Source of the DNA: the human T2T-CHM13v2.0 reference genome, Homo sapiens
Direction: 5' to 3' (one strand)
NCBI RefSeq assembly: GCF_009914755.1
Contig: NC_060925.1
DNA length: 64,000 nt
Shown: positions 1-18,250 of the stretch, piece after piece
Numbering within the stretch: position 1 is the first letter of the stretch
How the letters are laid out: the number at the start of each line of letters is the position of its first letter
Made by a program: the position numbers and the translations under genes
The notes under the pieces: model-generated
Database searches by the model: none
Told to the model about the DNA's origin: nothing
What the model saw: the letters and a program-made list of their open reading frames with translations, nothing else

Positions 1-2157
<2,157 letters not shown>

Positions 2158-2710
2158 GGAATCCCCAACATAATCTTTACACAAAGAGTGCAGGGAAGGG
2201 AAGAGCAGAATGCTTTGCATTTATTCTTAACTGGTAAACTAGAAAATCAAAAGCATCAAATAACCTCTTATTGGAATCACAGAATGCTCAAAATGGAAAA
2301 GGGTTTTAAAATAATCAAGTCTCTTTTATTCATGGATCAGCTGAATTTTTGTCACATATTCTTATTACTTTTATAAATTTAGAGAAAAACTAATTTGAAG
2401 ATCAAACCGATAATGCTAAGTGGGTGAATGTTTGCTCTTTATACTCTATATTTCTGTAGTCTGTAATTTTTGTCAAGCCTCTCCATCTGTAATTACATAG
2501 ATTAATAAACTCAGAACCACAGAAATTAAATCATGTATCCAATATCACAAAAATAGACAAACAGTTATGATCCAATTAGAAAACTATAGACTTTCAAGTT
2601 GGGATACCCAGGGTTTGAATCTCAGCTGTGTATGATGATGGACACCTAAAGGCACCTAAATGATCTCTGAGATTCAAATTACTTATCTGATTTTAAAAAT
2701 CCATAGAAGT

Positions 2711-3077
<367 letters not shown>

Positions 3078-3169
3078 TTAGTAGACTAGCACCGAACGGT
3101 CTTTATTTTTAGGAAGAATAGTTAATGCTTTGGTTCTTTCCCCTTTACCCCATCCATTCCTCAACTGAC

Positions 3170-3890
3170 TCCACTCTAGCAACTGTTAAATGTCCTCACT
3201 AAAGTCACTAATGGCTTGTTGCTAATTGTCAAATTCAATAGTTTCACTTCACGTTTCTGCAGCATTCCACACTAGTGACCCCATCTTCACCCTTAGAAAT
3301 GCTGACTCCTCTTGCTTCTGGGGCATGCCACTCTCTTCTCATTCACCTCCTATCCCTCAGTCCCTCCTTCTCAATCTCTTTCACCAGCTCCTCCTCTTCC
3401 TTCTTAAATATCAGTGTTCCAAAGAGTGACACTTATCAGATTGCAAGCCAGAAGGTTAGCAGTACTTTTATATTATTAAATAGCAGAGAAAAGAGATGAT
3501 AGAATAGGATATGACAGAATAGAAAAGAAAATAGCCGAGGGTATCACCCTCTAAAAAAACCATGTATTGTTTCATGAAATCTTTGTATCAGCTACATATG
3601 AATGTATATATATAGGTATATGAGTTGTGGTCAAAAACACTGCCATACATTGTACCTTGGTGCTCTTCTTTATATCTTCTTCCTGGGTGATTGTAAACGG
3701 CATATGTACCATATGTACTACCAGCTATGAGCTGAAAACCCTTAAATCTCTATCTTAAAATCAGACATATCACGTGAAATCCAGATTGGGATACTCAGCT
3801 GCCTTTAGATTGCCATCCCTATGTGACTCACAGTGATCTCAACTGCAAAATGTACAAATAAGAACTTATATTTCCCCATAAACCTGTTCT
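3170..3890. mobile_element. Degenerate L2 LINE fragments
   Basis: L2-like wording (aaagtcactaatgg..ttgctaa, ctgcagcattc..acactagtgacc, ttcctgggtgat..., ccagattg) recalled from consensus; boundaries approximate. Confidence 0.45.
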
Positions 3891-3912
3891 TCATAATCCA
3901 CTAGTTTATTCA

Positions 3913-4209
3913 TTTTTTTTTTTTTTTTTGAGACGGAATCTCGCTCTGTCACCCAGGCTGGAGTGCAGTGGTGCAGTCTCAGCCCACTACAACCTCTGCC
4001 TCCTGGGCTAAGCAATTCTTCTGCCTCAGCCTCCCTAGTAGCTGGGATTACAGGCACCTGCCACCATGCCCAGCTAATTTTTGTATTTTAGCAGAGACAG
4101 GGTTTCACCATGTTGGCTGGGCAGGTCTCGAACTCCTGACCTCAGGTGATCCGCCCGCCTCGGCCTCCAAAAGTGCTGGGATTACAGGGGTGAGCCACAA
4201 CACCCGGCC
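3913..4209 (-). mobile_element. Full-length AluS (Sx/Sz-like)
   Basis: Poly(T) 3913-3929, ends ...cacccggcc; 15-bp TSD taatccactagttta at 3894-3908 and 4210-4224. Confidence 0.95.
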
Positions 4210-4581
4210 TAATCCACTAGTTTAATTAATGGTTACCATCATCCACCTACTCATTTATTAATTTATTTGCTCCATAAATCCATAAATACCTACTGTATAA
4301 TAAGAAATGTGCTGAGTATTGGAGATATAAAGATAATGATGATATGTCTATTCTGAATAAAAATCACAGTCAAAAACAGAAAAATAAACAAAGTCATGAA
4401 ACAAAGTTGCCCAACTCTAGAAATCATATGTCCAGCATGCTACAAAAACAAAAATGGGCAAATGAATCCAGTCTGAGGAGTCTAAGAACGTTTTCTAGAG
4501 CTGCAGACCTAAGCTGAGGTTCAAAGTAAGAATAGCTGTAAACAGAGCAAAAGAAGAGGTTAGGGAGGGATGGGGACAGAG

Positions 4582-4585
<4 letters not shown>

Positions 4586-4626
<41 letters not shown>
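4586..4626. repeat. (TG)n microsatellite, about 20 units
   Basis: Directly visible. Confidence 0.97.
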
Positions 4627-4627
<1 letters not shown>

Positions 4628-5258
4628 GGGGGAGCCAAGGAGATAAGACAGGAAAGCATGAGTAAAAATACAGCAAAAACCATCTTGTCTGTGTAAGAAA
4701 CTACAAGAAATGAGAGATATTGCTGAAGTTCAAAATCCCAGGCAGGAAGTGACAAGGCATGTGGAAACAAAAATCAGACCATGCAGATCGACATATGTCA
4801 TGTTAAAGGTCAACTGTAATCCTGTAGGAGATGCAGAGGCAGTGAAGGGTTTTAAGTAAGGGAGAACGATGATTTGATTTGCATTTTAGAAAGATCACTC
4901 TGGCTGTAGCAGATAATTTCAAGAGTGCACAGTGAAGAGGCTTTTTCAGTAGTCAAGGTAAGATATAATGGAGATCTGAACCACAGTAATAGAATTGGCT
5001 ACATAACAGTAAATTGAAGGAAGATTGATTTGATAAAAACAGTTTTGGGGAGACAAAACTGGCCATCCAGTCTCTTAAGCCAGAAATGTGGAGTGAGTCA
5101 AGGCTCCTCTCCCTAAAACTTTATCTTCCAAATTTAATCAGCTACTAAGGTCTATCCACTCTGTCTCTTTAATAGCTCTCAAATGTATGCCTCACTTTCC
5201 ATTCCCACTGCTCTTGGCTTAGTTCAGATAGTTTATCCTCTGTAGCCAGGACTATTTG

Positions 5259-7779
<2,521 letters not shown>

Positions 7780-8704
7780 AGCCAGGACTATTTGATATGT
7801 TAATAATCCCTCACTTGTCTACGTGTAACCATCCCTGCTGCCTTTCTGCCAATCAGCTACACCACCAACAGAGCAATTATAATTTTTCTTGAAGGCAAAA
7901 CCCCTTAAAGTTCTCTCTTGTCTAAAGAAGAGACTAAAAGCCATCTGTGATCTGATTCCCGTCCATTTTTGCAACATCAGTTACTATTATCCCCCAGCCT
8001 CCCCTCTCAGCTTACATTTTACAATAAGTACTTAGAGTTCTCAAAATGAAAAAAAAAAGGTTCGTTTTCCATACTAATATGACTTGGTATGCTGCAATGG
8101 TTTCTCTTTTTGGAATGCCTTTCTCCTGTCTCCACCCTCACATCTGTCTGGAAGACTGTTCCTCCTCTTTGAAGACTCAGTTTCAATCACCTCATTTTTT
8201 ATAATATCTTCCCTGACATCCACCACAACCCCAAGCAGACTGGATCACACCCATCTTCACACCATTACTGCACCCTGTGCATATGGCTATCGGAGGACTG
8301 AGCACTCTGTAACGTACTCAATTTTGTGAATCTCTGTTCCTACCAGAGAGAGAGAAACTTGAGTTTTTTTACCCTTGATAGTCTGGGCAGTGCCTGGCAC
8401 ATGGTAGTTGTTCAATGTATGTTTACCAAAGAAAAAGAATCAACAATCAAAACCACTAGAACAGGTCTTTGTCCTCCTAGACACATATCATCCTATAATA
8501 CCACAGTTCTTGATTTTTGTAATGCAAGTATTAGATGGGAACTCTTAAAATGACACTGAGAACTTTAGGCTTCTTCTGCTGGTCTACTTCAAAGTGGTAG
8601 AACGTTCAACTTTCTCCAGAGCTCCAGTTTTCATATCCAGTCTATTCAATATTTCCTACTTGATGGGTTGCCCTCAGCTTAAACTCAATGTAATCTAACA
8701 AAAT

Positions 8705-9054
8705 TGTTACAAATTGATTATGTCTCCTGCAAATTTAGATGTTAACACTCTAATCCCTCATGTATTTAGATGTGAGTCCTATGAGAGGTGATTTGGTCAT
8801 GAAGGTGGAACCCTAATAAATGGAATTAGTGTCATTATAAGAAGAGACACAGGGAGACAATCTCTTTTTCCACCATGTGAAGACACATTGAGAAGGTGGC
8901 TGTCTGCAAACCACGAAGAGGACACTCAACAGGAATCAAATCCACCAGTACCTTGATCTTGGACTTCCCAGCCTCCAGAACTGTGAGAAACCAAAGTCTG
9001 TTGTTTAAGCCACATAGTTTATGGTATTCTGTTTTAGCAGCCTCAAGTAAGACA
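8705..9054 (+). mobile_element. MaLR solo LTR (MLT1A-like)
   Basis: TG...CA ends; typical MLT1 text ccatgtgaagacac..gagaaggtggctgtctgcaa, ccttgatcttggacttcccagcctccagaactgtgagaaa, tttaagccac..agtttatggtattctgtt. Confidence 0.85.
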
Positions 9055-9482
9055 CTAATCCTCCTTCATTCCAAAATACTAAACCCCACAAAAAGCTTCT
9101 CCTAATTCCACTATTTCTTTTCATGGTTCAGCATTTTCCAAGTCACTCAAAAGCCAAAACTGAGAGCTGCCTCAGCCTTCTCCCTCTGTCTTGCTTCCCA
9201 TAACCAACACCAAACGTAGCACCTCTTTTCCATTCCCAATTCCACTGCCCTTGCTCAGGACTCTTTTACTTTGTTCCTGGATTTCTATAATCATCTTTTA
9301 ACTCATATTCTTAGAATAAGCATTTAATTTAAAAAAAATTAATCATTCAATACATAGGCACACATTATAAAAATATGAAGTATATAATATGGACAATTAT
9401 AGTCCCCCTTATGACTTAAGTCTCACTCCTGGCCCAGAAAATAATTTTCCAAGTTTAATATGCATCTGAACAATAGAAACAC

Positions 9483-9655
9483 TCAAGTGCCTACTATGTG
9501 CCAGGCGCTATTTAAAGCAATTTAAATAGATTAATTTATTTAATTTTCACATCATACCACCCTAGGGGTCATGTAAAATTATCTCTATTTTCCACACAAT
9601 GAAAAAAAATGCTGAGGCGGTTAAGTATCTTGCCTGAAGTCACACAGCCAGTAAG
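9483..9655. mobile_element. MIR SINE
   Basis: gtgcctactatgtgccaggc ... gctgaggcggttaagt..ttgcctgaagtcacacagc MIR core. Confidence 0.7.
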
Positions 9656-9719
9656 TAACTATTCATTTACTTAAACACATATTTATATGCATATAAGATT
9701 TTACATACACATATGTATA

Positions 9720-11130
9720 TGTTTTATGCTTTTTTCCCATTTTACACAAAAGGGATAGCAGTATGTGTATTTTCTTTGTATTTTCACTGAACAACATACC
9801 TTCTGTATCTTTCTATGTTGGTAGATATAAATTTACCTCATTCTTTTTAACTGCAATGTGTTATTACAAAGTATGATATAGCATAATCTATTTATCCAAT
9901 TCACTATTGATGAATATTTATGTTGTCTTCAATTTTTCACTACTGGAAAAAAATGATGTGATGCATATCTCTGCACATAAATCAGAGCACTCATGTGTGA
10001 ACAGATCTATAGCATAATTTGTAGAAATAGCACTGCTGGTATTTCTATTTTTAATTCTGATGCATTCTGCCAAAATATCTCCAAAAAGGCTGTGCCAATT
10101 TACATCCTCCCTAACAATATATAAAGGTGCCTATTTCCCTAAGCACTTGCCAACACTGAGTATTATCCATCATTTTAATTTTTTAACAATCTGATGGGTT
10201 CTTTGATGCTTTTTAACAGTCTAGGATCTCTTTGGTGCTATAACTTGTATTTCTCAAAATCCAAATGCCGTTGATCATCTTTTCAAATGTTTATTAGACA
10301 ACTGTATTTTTTTTCTGAGAATTCATACTCATATCCTTTGCCCAATTTTCTCTTGGACTGTTTGTCTTTTTTATGTTTATTTGCTGACTATTTTGCATGT
10401 TAGCAATTTTGATACTTTGGCATATATATTGCAAATAAAATCTTCCCAGTCTGTGACTTACTTTTACATTTTGTCTATGGGTCTGCAATTATATCAGTTT
10501 TAAAAATTATGCAGTAAATCTTATCGGTCCTTTCCTTTATCGACTCTAGGTGTTGTGTCTTGCTTAGGAAGGTCTTTCCCACTCTAAGATTAAGTATATT
10601 TTTCGACAGTTTTTGCAAACATTTTTAGTGTTGTTTGGTTTATAAAATTTAGCACAAGTCCACCTGAAATATATTGTCGTATATGGCATAAGGAAAGGCT
10701 AAACCTATCCCATACCAACTGACAAACAGATAACCAATTATTCTAATGTCTTTAAACAGTACAACCCTCTAGTCACTGATTAGAAGTGTAGTATATAATG
10801 AAGGTAGCACTCTTCATACACTAAATTTCCAAGTTGGTTTGTAACTACACTCTCTCTTCTGCTCCATGGTTCTATTTATGTATTCCTGTGCCAAGATTTC
10901 ATGTTTTAATTGCTATAATTTTAAAGTTGCTTAGGATAGCTAGAAAATCATCCTCCCCCTTAGCCCCATGTGTTTAAAAAATTATGGCTATTTACTCTTG
11001 ACTTTATCTTCCAAGGGAATGTTAGAATAGGCTAGTCAAGTTCCATAAAATATCTTATTGGAATTTAGCATAGTATTGCATCAAATTTATAAATTAAAAA
11101 TTACCATCTTTACCACAATGAATCTTAGAA
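9720..11130 (-). mobile_element. Old L1M (L1MC/L1ME-type) 3' fragment
   Basis: Degenerate L1 3' text (tgtgccaatttacat.ctccct, cttgccaacactg, catatcctttgcccaattttc); ORF 10294-10488 resembles decayed ORF2 (INIKKTNSPRENWAKDM). Confidence 0.7.
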
Positions 11131-11570
11131 TTAATATTTAAATACCAATTCAACAACATAACGTCCTGCTACAATTTTTTTTCCAACTGACATTGGGATA
11201 AAGATAAAGCTCTTCAGTGTCTAGTTTTCAAATCCCACCTCCCAAATTTGGTTTAAACTAGCCATCTCATCAAATTGATTTCCCTTATTTTTCATCCACA
11301 AAGCTTTTCAAACCAGTATACTGATTCTATCCTAAATAATCCTTCATTCCCTGTGCTAGAGATGCCATGCAATTAGGAAAGGGATAAAGCAGTTATATTC
11401 TTTGTCTACACATCCTCACTTTGAAGTGCTAACATTCTGGGTCTATCCAAGATCCATCATTACCCTTTAACAAGGCAAGAATAGGTATACTTTTCCTTAT
11501 TAACTTAAACAGATTTGAGTTTGCAGGGGGAAAAATAGAGCTTTTTATGATTAAATAATCTACGACAATA

Positions 11571-11878
11571 CAGTCATCCCTCAGTATCTGCTGGGGATTG
11601 GCTGCAGGACGCCCACACCCTTGCCACAGGATACCAAAATCTGCACATACTCAAGATCTACAATTGACCCTGTGAAAACAGCGGAACCAGCAGAACCAGG
11701 AAACTGGCATATAGAAAAAGTCTGCCCTCCCTATCTGCAGTTTGCCCATCCGGAGAATATTGTTTGGTTGCAGATATGGAGCCTGGAGATACAGAGGGCA
11801 AACTGTATTTATTGAAAAAAAAATCCATGTATAAGTGGATCCACACAGTTCAAATCCATGTTGTTCAAGGGTCAACTT
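11571..11878 (+). mobile_element. Tigger-derived MITE (MER8/MER2B-like)
   Basis: cagtcatccctcagtatc..ggggattgg..caggac 5' end and gtataagtggatccacacagttcaaatccatgttgttcaagggtcaact 3' end. Confidence 0.8.
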
Positions 11879-14269
11879 GTTTTTTCGTCATTCATGGGAA
11901 AGAGAACTTGGTGTTGAGCAAGGAAACAGATAATGTGATCTGAAGCTTGAGGAGACCTCACTGGGTCCAAACTCTCAACATGCAGGAAAGAATTCATGCA
12001 GTCTTTGACAGATCGGTAAATATTAAAAAGAAGTGAGAAAAGGTTAGAAGAACTGAGATAACACTACCTGAGAAGAGAAGACTAAAATTAAACTGAAAAA
12101 TGTTTCAAGTGTGTGTTAAAACTTGGAGGAGGTGGGAGTTGGGTCTGCCAAGAAGTCTGGGAGAGGCTGCATTACAGCAAAGTCACCACACTGAGGGAGC
12201 AGAGGATCAGGAATGACAAAGGGTCAGGGTGGCCACACGAGGGTAGCAGAGAGCAGGTTAACAGAGAGACCTTGGCGAAAGTGAAAAAAGTTATTGGAAC
12301 TGAAAATCTAGATCCAAGCAGTGCTTTATACTCGGACAGTGAACACAGGGCAAGATTCTATGGTACACTCAGAGAAACAGAGGAACATCTCCCTGCTCTA
12401 GGGTGAAGAGGTCACAGAGAAAGGTAACTAACAAACATGTATTGGGTTCTATGCTAGGAGTTTTACATAAATGTCCTCATTTAATAATCTTTATAAGCCT
12501 ACAAGATAGACAATAACAATGTCTGATGTTTAACACATGAAAAGACTGATCTCAAATGACATAAGTGGCACAGCTGGTATTTAAGCCCAGATGAGTCCAC
12601 TTTCTAAATCCAGGCTTTCTCACTCTCCTGCACTCTTCTGCCTTTCCAATGAGTCAGAAGTGTCTCCTTGGAGCTGGGCCCAGAACCTGGTTAACTTTCT
12701 CAAAGCAGCACACACAGTCGTTCCTAGGCCTTCACAGTCCACATGAAAAAAAGCTATGGCCTTTTGTGAACATGGTGAGAACACCAAATGTATCTGCATC
12801 CATTCTTGGCTTAGCCACAAGGAATAGCAGCAGCAGTCATCAGCCTGACAGGTATGGGCACACAGGCACAGCGGTCCACAAGGAAGCCCTGGGACTGGAA
12901 ACTGGTGGCAAACCTCAACAGATGTCACCTTGCTAGGGCATACTACTTTCAGTAATAGCAAGCTCTGGGATTTTAGGGTTTAAAAAGATTTTAAGACCAA
13001 AATGCACCACAAGAAACAGATTAAAAATAATCTGAAAAGAAACAGGTTAAAAATAAAGAACAGTAAAAAACATACAAGAGGGCATGGAATAGCATATCAT
13101 AGCTTATCATGTTCAACTCATGACCATCAGCCATAGCCTCACTCACCTACTGGACCTGTCCTGAACACAACTATTTAAGTGAAAAGGATCAGAGAAAAAG
13201 TACTAAAATGATAAAAGAAATGGCAGAAGGTTAAGAATTAGGACATTTCACCTAATGTAGAGGAGGTTAAGGGGCAATTTAATAACAGTCTTAAATCCTC
13301 TAGAGGGACATTATATAGAGGCTCATAAAAAGAAAGAGATATCTTATTTCATGAACCAGAGGAAAAAAGTCTTAAATGGCAGTAGGAGGTTTACTTTGGA
13401 CCTAAGACAAAAGTTCTTGCTTGTAAAAATCAAAGTGTAAAATCAAAGAATGTGAACGCTCTTCTCTAAATAAACCAGCATTTAATAAGCACCTATTATG
13501 TGCCAGCTACTGTTATGTGCAATATCCCCTAAGTTCCTGGCAACTCGACTTTGATCAAAGTTGACAGGGTTTGTTTCCTCATGGAATTTACATTTACTGG
13601 GAGAAGGAATAAAGACAATAATAAACAAAAGATAAATTATTAGGAAAATAGAAGAAAATGACAAGTGATTGCAAGGGAATGAGATGGCCTTTTTGAGGAA
13701 GTTAATTTAGGCTGAGATGTAAAAGCAGAAGTGGCTTAGCATGAAGCAGGGCAGGAGCGTTCTGGTTCAGAAGGAAGAGCCAGTGCAATGGCATAGAATG
13801 GGAATGGGCTTGATGTGGTGGAGATACAAAAAACAAACAAACAAACAAAAAACAGATACTGTGGCCATGGGGTTACATGAGGTTAGAGAGATAGGGAAAC
13901 GCCAGATTACACAGGATCTTACAAACAAGGTCAGCAATTGCTGGAGAGGAAGAGTCAAGAAAATTTGTTGAAAGACTCAGTGATATTTTTTGGTTTTACA
14001 CCTTAACACAACTGTGTTCTAATGAGCTACTTACACGTATGGTTCCCTCAGGAGCTAATGAGCTCTTGTCAGTAGACCCAGGCTATGGTGAGTCATTTCT
14101 CAGGCTTGTCAGGGCATAGGAATCACCTGGGAGCACCTGTTAGCACTATGGTCAGCAATCTTTATTGTTAACCTAGAACCGAAATATCCTAAGCATCTGT
14201 ATCATTTGTAACAGGTGGCTCCAGGTAACTGTTTGGATCAGGCACAGATGGGTATGCTGGTTTACTGGC

Positions 14270-14480
14270 ATGACCAAGTTTTAGAGACACACCTAAATTA
14301 AGATCTCAGCCCCACCAGTTAAGGTGTGACTTGTAGGAAGTTACAAAATTCCTGTGCCTCATTTTCCTCATCTGTAAAATGAGAATAATACTACCTACAA
14401 GTCATGTGGTTGTGCATAAGACTAAATGATAGAGCATAAGCAAGGTGCCAAGTGCATAGTAGGCACTCCATTAATGCTGA
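14270..14480. mobile_element. MIR SINE
   Basis: gcctcattttcctcatctgtaaaatgagaataata..acctac core. Confidence 0.7.
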
Positions 14481-14900
14481 ATACATAAATACATGCATGA
14501 ACATATGAAACCTATGGGTAAATAAAAAGCTAAATATATTCACATTCACTCTTTGTAATGCTTGCTGTTTTGAGCCTGCAATGTTCCTTACCACCAGAAA
14601 GAGCCCAAGATCTCAGATAATGAAGGTAGGATCCTGGATAAGAAAAAAACCTCCACATTCTGCCTCCTACTTAGCCTTTCTTCTTCTCTCTCCTCCCATT
14701 CAATTGGCCTAGCTATTCTGACTCACCACCCCCTACCCCTTTCCCACCTCTACCCTCCCCTGAAACGGAAAAAAAAAAAAACCTCACTTGGCTTTCCTCC
14801 CCCTCCAATCTGCCCTAGAGATGACCCCCAGCTCGTTGCCAGGGAGATGGTCTGGGTAACAGGTGCTACTGAGGGAAGGCTTTTTCTGTCAGGAACTGCT

Positions 14901-14995
14901 TAGGGTGACCAACCATCCCAGTTTGCTCAGGACTTTCCCGATGTTAGCACTGAAAATCCTGAAAAACGACTCAGTCCCTGGCAAACTGGGACAGT
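14901..14995 (+). mobile_element. MER81-like hAT MITE
   Basis: tagggtgaccaaccatcccagtttgctcaggac...tcagtccctggcaaactgggaca with internal inverted repeats. Confidence 0.75.
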
Positions 14996-15985
14996 GCTCA
15001 TAATCCTTCACGCTTTACTCTACAAAACCTTATGTCGCTGCACACAGTTGTCAGCATCTGTGTGCCCTACAGCACTGTCCACCCTGCGTATTGGTGTCTG
15101 GGTCCTGTAACAGTGTTCTGCGTGCTATCTCTACCTTACCCATAGGAGCTAAGACAGGACCACACTCACTGGGTCCTATTTAATCTCATGGTACTGGATT
15201 TGGGTCTCCAGAAGGGTCAGGCTTCTGTATCAAATGATGCGTATCCCTCCAATCCATCCATCCACTACTGCCAGAGTTATCGCTCTAAAATGTAAATCTG
15301 GCACTGACATTTCCCTGCTTAAAATCCTTCCTTGACTCCTTGTCTGCAGAATAAAGAGCAATCTCTAGCATAAATTCCTTTCAAAATTTAGCCACAACTA
15401 ACCATGCTGCTTCCTGTTTTAGTGTTTTTGCATATGCCATACCCTCTTTTGTAATGTCTTTCATCCCTTAACCTGCCCCACACCTAGTCTTAAGGTTTTT
15501 CACAAATTTACTCTTTGCCTCCTCTCTTCTCTCACTGTGCCTTATACATAATTTTACTGTAGCACTTATCACATGATGTAGTGATTGTGTGTTCGCAAGC
15601 CTATCTTCTCTACTGAACTATGAGTTCCTTGAAGGTAGATTTCATGACTTACTCATCTTTGTGTTCTCAAGTGACTAGCACCAGACGTTGACATTTTGTT
15701 GTAGCATTTTTTAACATCCACTTCTATTTTATGATTCTGAAAAGAAAACCATGACTGTCAGATTGGTCTTAATTACCAAGTATTTTGCATCCCCAAATAT
15801 TATCCTATCCCCAACCCTCGCATTATCCTTCACAGCTAAAATGAGTCTCAAAAATGGGGTGGTAATTGGGAATAAGGGTAAGACCACCCGCTGAACGTTT
15901 TATTCTATATATTTTTAAAAGCTAGGAGCTTATAAATTTTTTAATAGGCTGCAACAAAACATCCAGGTCAAAACAATTTCAACTA

Positions 15986-16335
<350 letters not shown>

Positions 16336-17849
16336 TAATATTTTTAGTAAGTAAATAGTAAATAATAAATAAAATAAAACTATAAATGAATGAATAAATG
16401 ATCAAGAAGTTCTCTTCTGGACATAATAACTTTTTGTGTTCTTATACACAAACACATTTGTTTCCCAGGCATGATATAAAATTATAAGACTTTTGCTTGA
16501 TTTTGTTTATACTAACAAATATACCAGAATGACGCTGCTCGGAAACTTTCTAGAACTCCTATTTGGTAACTGCCTTAAGAACCAACAAATAAGTCAGCTT
16601 ATAAGTCATTTACTATTACTTTACAGCCAAGTCTTATTTGTTAATATTACACAACACGAACCACCAACTTATCCATAAGGCTTGAATCTCAAAGATGTCT
16701 GGCTATTTATTAAATTAAAAGCCAGACTCAAAGGATAAACATTCTCCACAACTGAAGTCATGCAAAAGGCTGTGGCAGGTTCTAAAATCAATTCCAAAAA
16801 TTATAAAACGTACTTCAGGTAAGTGGATGAAAATATTTGTATATTAGGATCAGTTACTTTATTTTGGGGCATATTATATCAATGTGATCACATGCATATA
16901 TAGCTGCAGGGGGTATGCCAATGAAGTGTAGTTATATGCATGTATGTGCTTCTGGGAATAAAATGATTTGTCAAGCCTATGTATTTACAGACATATCATT
17001 TGGGATTACCTCAGAATTAACTAAGAATCTATACTTTTTCAGTTTCTACACAAAGCACTCGGATAAATGAGATTCACAAAATATCATTCCTGCCCTCAAA
17101 GAGCACATGGAGGAGAAAAACATAGACAAATCACTGCAACACAAAGAAGTGTAACAGTGGAGATATATATTCAATACAGTGGTAGCACCTAGCAAGGAGT
17201 GATTATATGTAGATAGGAAGCTTCAAAGAGAGGCAACACCTCATCAAAGTTTGGATGGATAAACATGAGCACAAGTTTCATCAGGCTTAATGAGATGGGC
17301 AATCCAGGTATAGAAAATAGTATGTGCAAAGACACTGAGGCATGAAACAACATAGTGTGTTTGGGAAATTACAAGCCATTTGATATTGCTGGAGCACAGA
17401 ATCTAAGGGAAAGAATACAGAGATATTTCGTTGGAGAAGCGACTGATAGCCATGTAACTGAAAATGTGTATTTTGGTTTGCAGATGATTATGTGTGTCTA
17501 CTGTCTTTCCATAGTACATCAATCAGCCTGTAGCTGGAGGAACAGTGACACATTTATTTATTACATGATTTTATTTTTGCCTGAATTTATCACAAAAAAA
17601 TGTCCCTGGTCTCTGCTCATATTTGTTTTACTCCCCCATTACTCTCTCAACTTTTACTCATTTCCCTCTGCAATCTAGTTTCTAGCTCCCTTTCCCCTTG
17701 GAGTATCTCCTTCCATATTGATCTGAGTTCATCTACAGTCTCATAGGCCATTCTCTTTTCTAGTATCATGCAACTCCCATCTTTCCTTCAGAACCAAACT
17801 TATATGACCTCTTCTCTGAGAAGCCTTCTTGGCTAAGTGTAATGACTGA

Positions 17850-18070
17850 AAATTTAGAGTTTGCAGTAAGACAACCTGTATTTGAAACCTGAGTCTGTCA
17901 TTTACCATCTTTGTGCTCTTGTACCAGTCATTTTGCCTCTTCAAGCCTCACTGTCATCATCTGTAAAATAGGGTAATGAATACTGACCAGCATGCTTGTG
18001 AATATTAAGACGGATAATAAATGTAAAGAACTTAGTATATAATTTGACCCTTAATAGTTATTGCTAATAA
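17850..18070. mobile_element. MIR SINE
   Basis: aagcctcactgtcatcatctgtaaaatagggtaat core. Confidence 0.65.
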
Positions 18071-18189
18071 TAAATTTAACTTGTCTAGAAATTCTCATGC
18101 CTAAGTCATATGTATATATAGGGTGATTTAATTTGGTAGATATTTACCTTGACTTTATCTGCTTTCTGGTAAGCCGTGGGAGGCAGTGC

Positions 18190-18250
18190 TGCTGCTTTGC
18201 ACAACTCCAATTTGAACAATGCCCCCTGGAGTTGTGCAATATGGCAACTC
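18190..18250. mobile_element. MER91-like palindromic hAT relic
   Basis: 13-bp inverted repeat ttgcacaactcca (18197-18209) / tggagttgtgcaa (18227-18239). Confidence 0.6.
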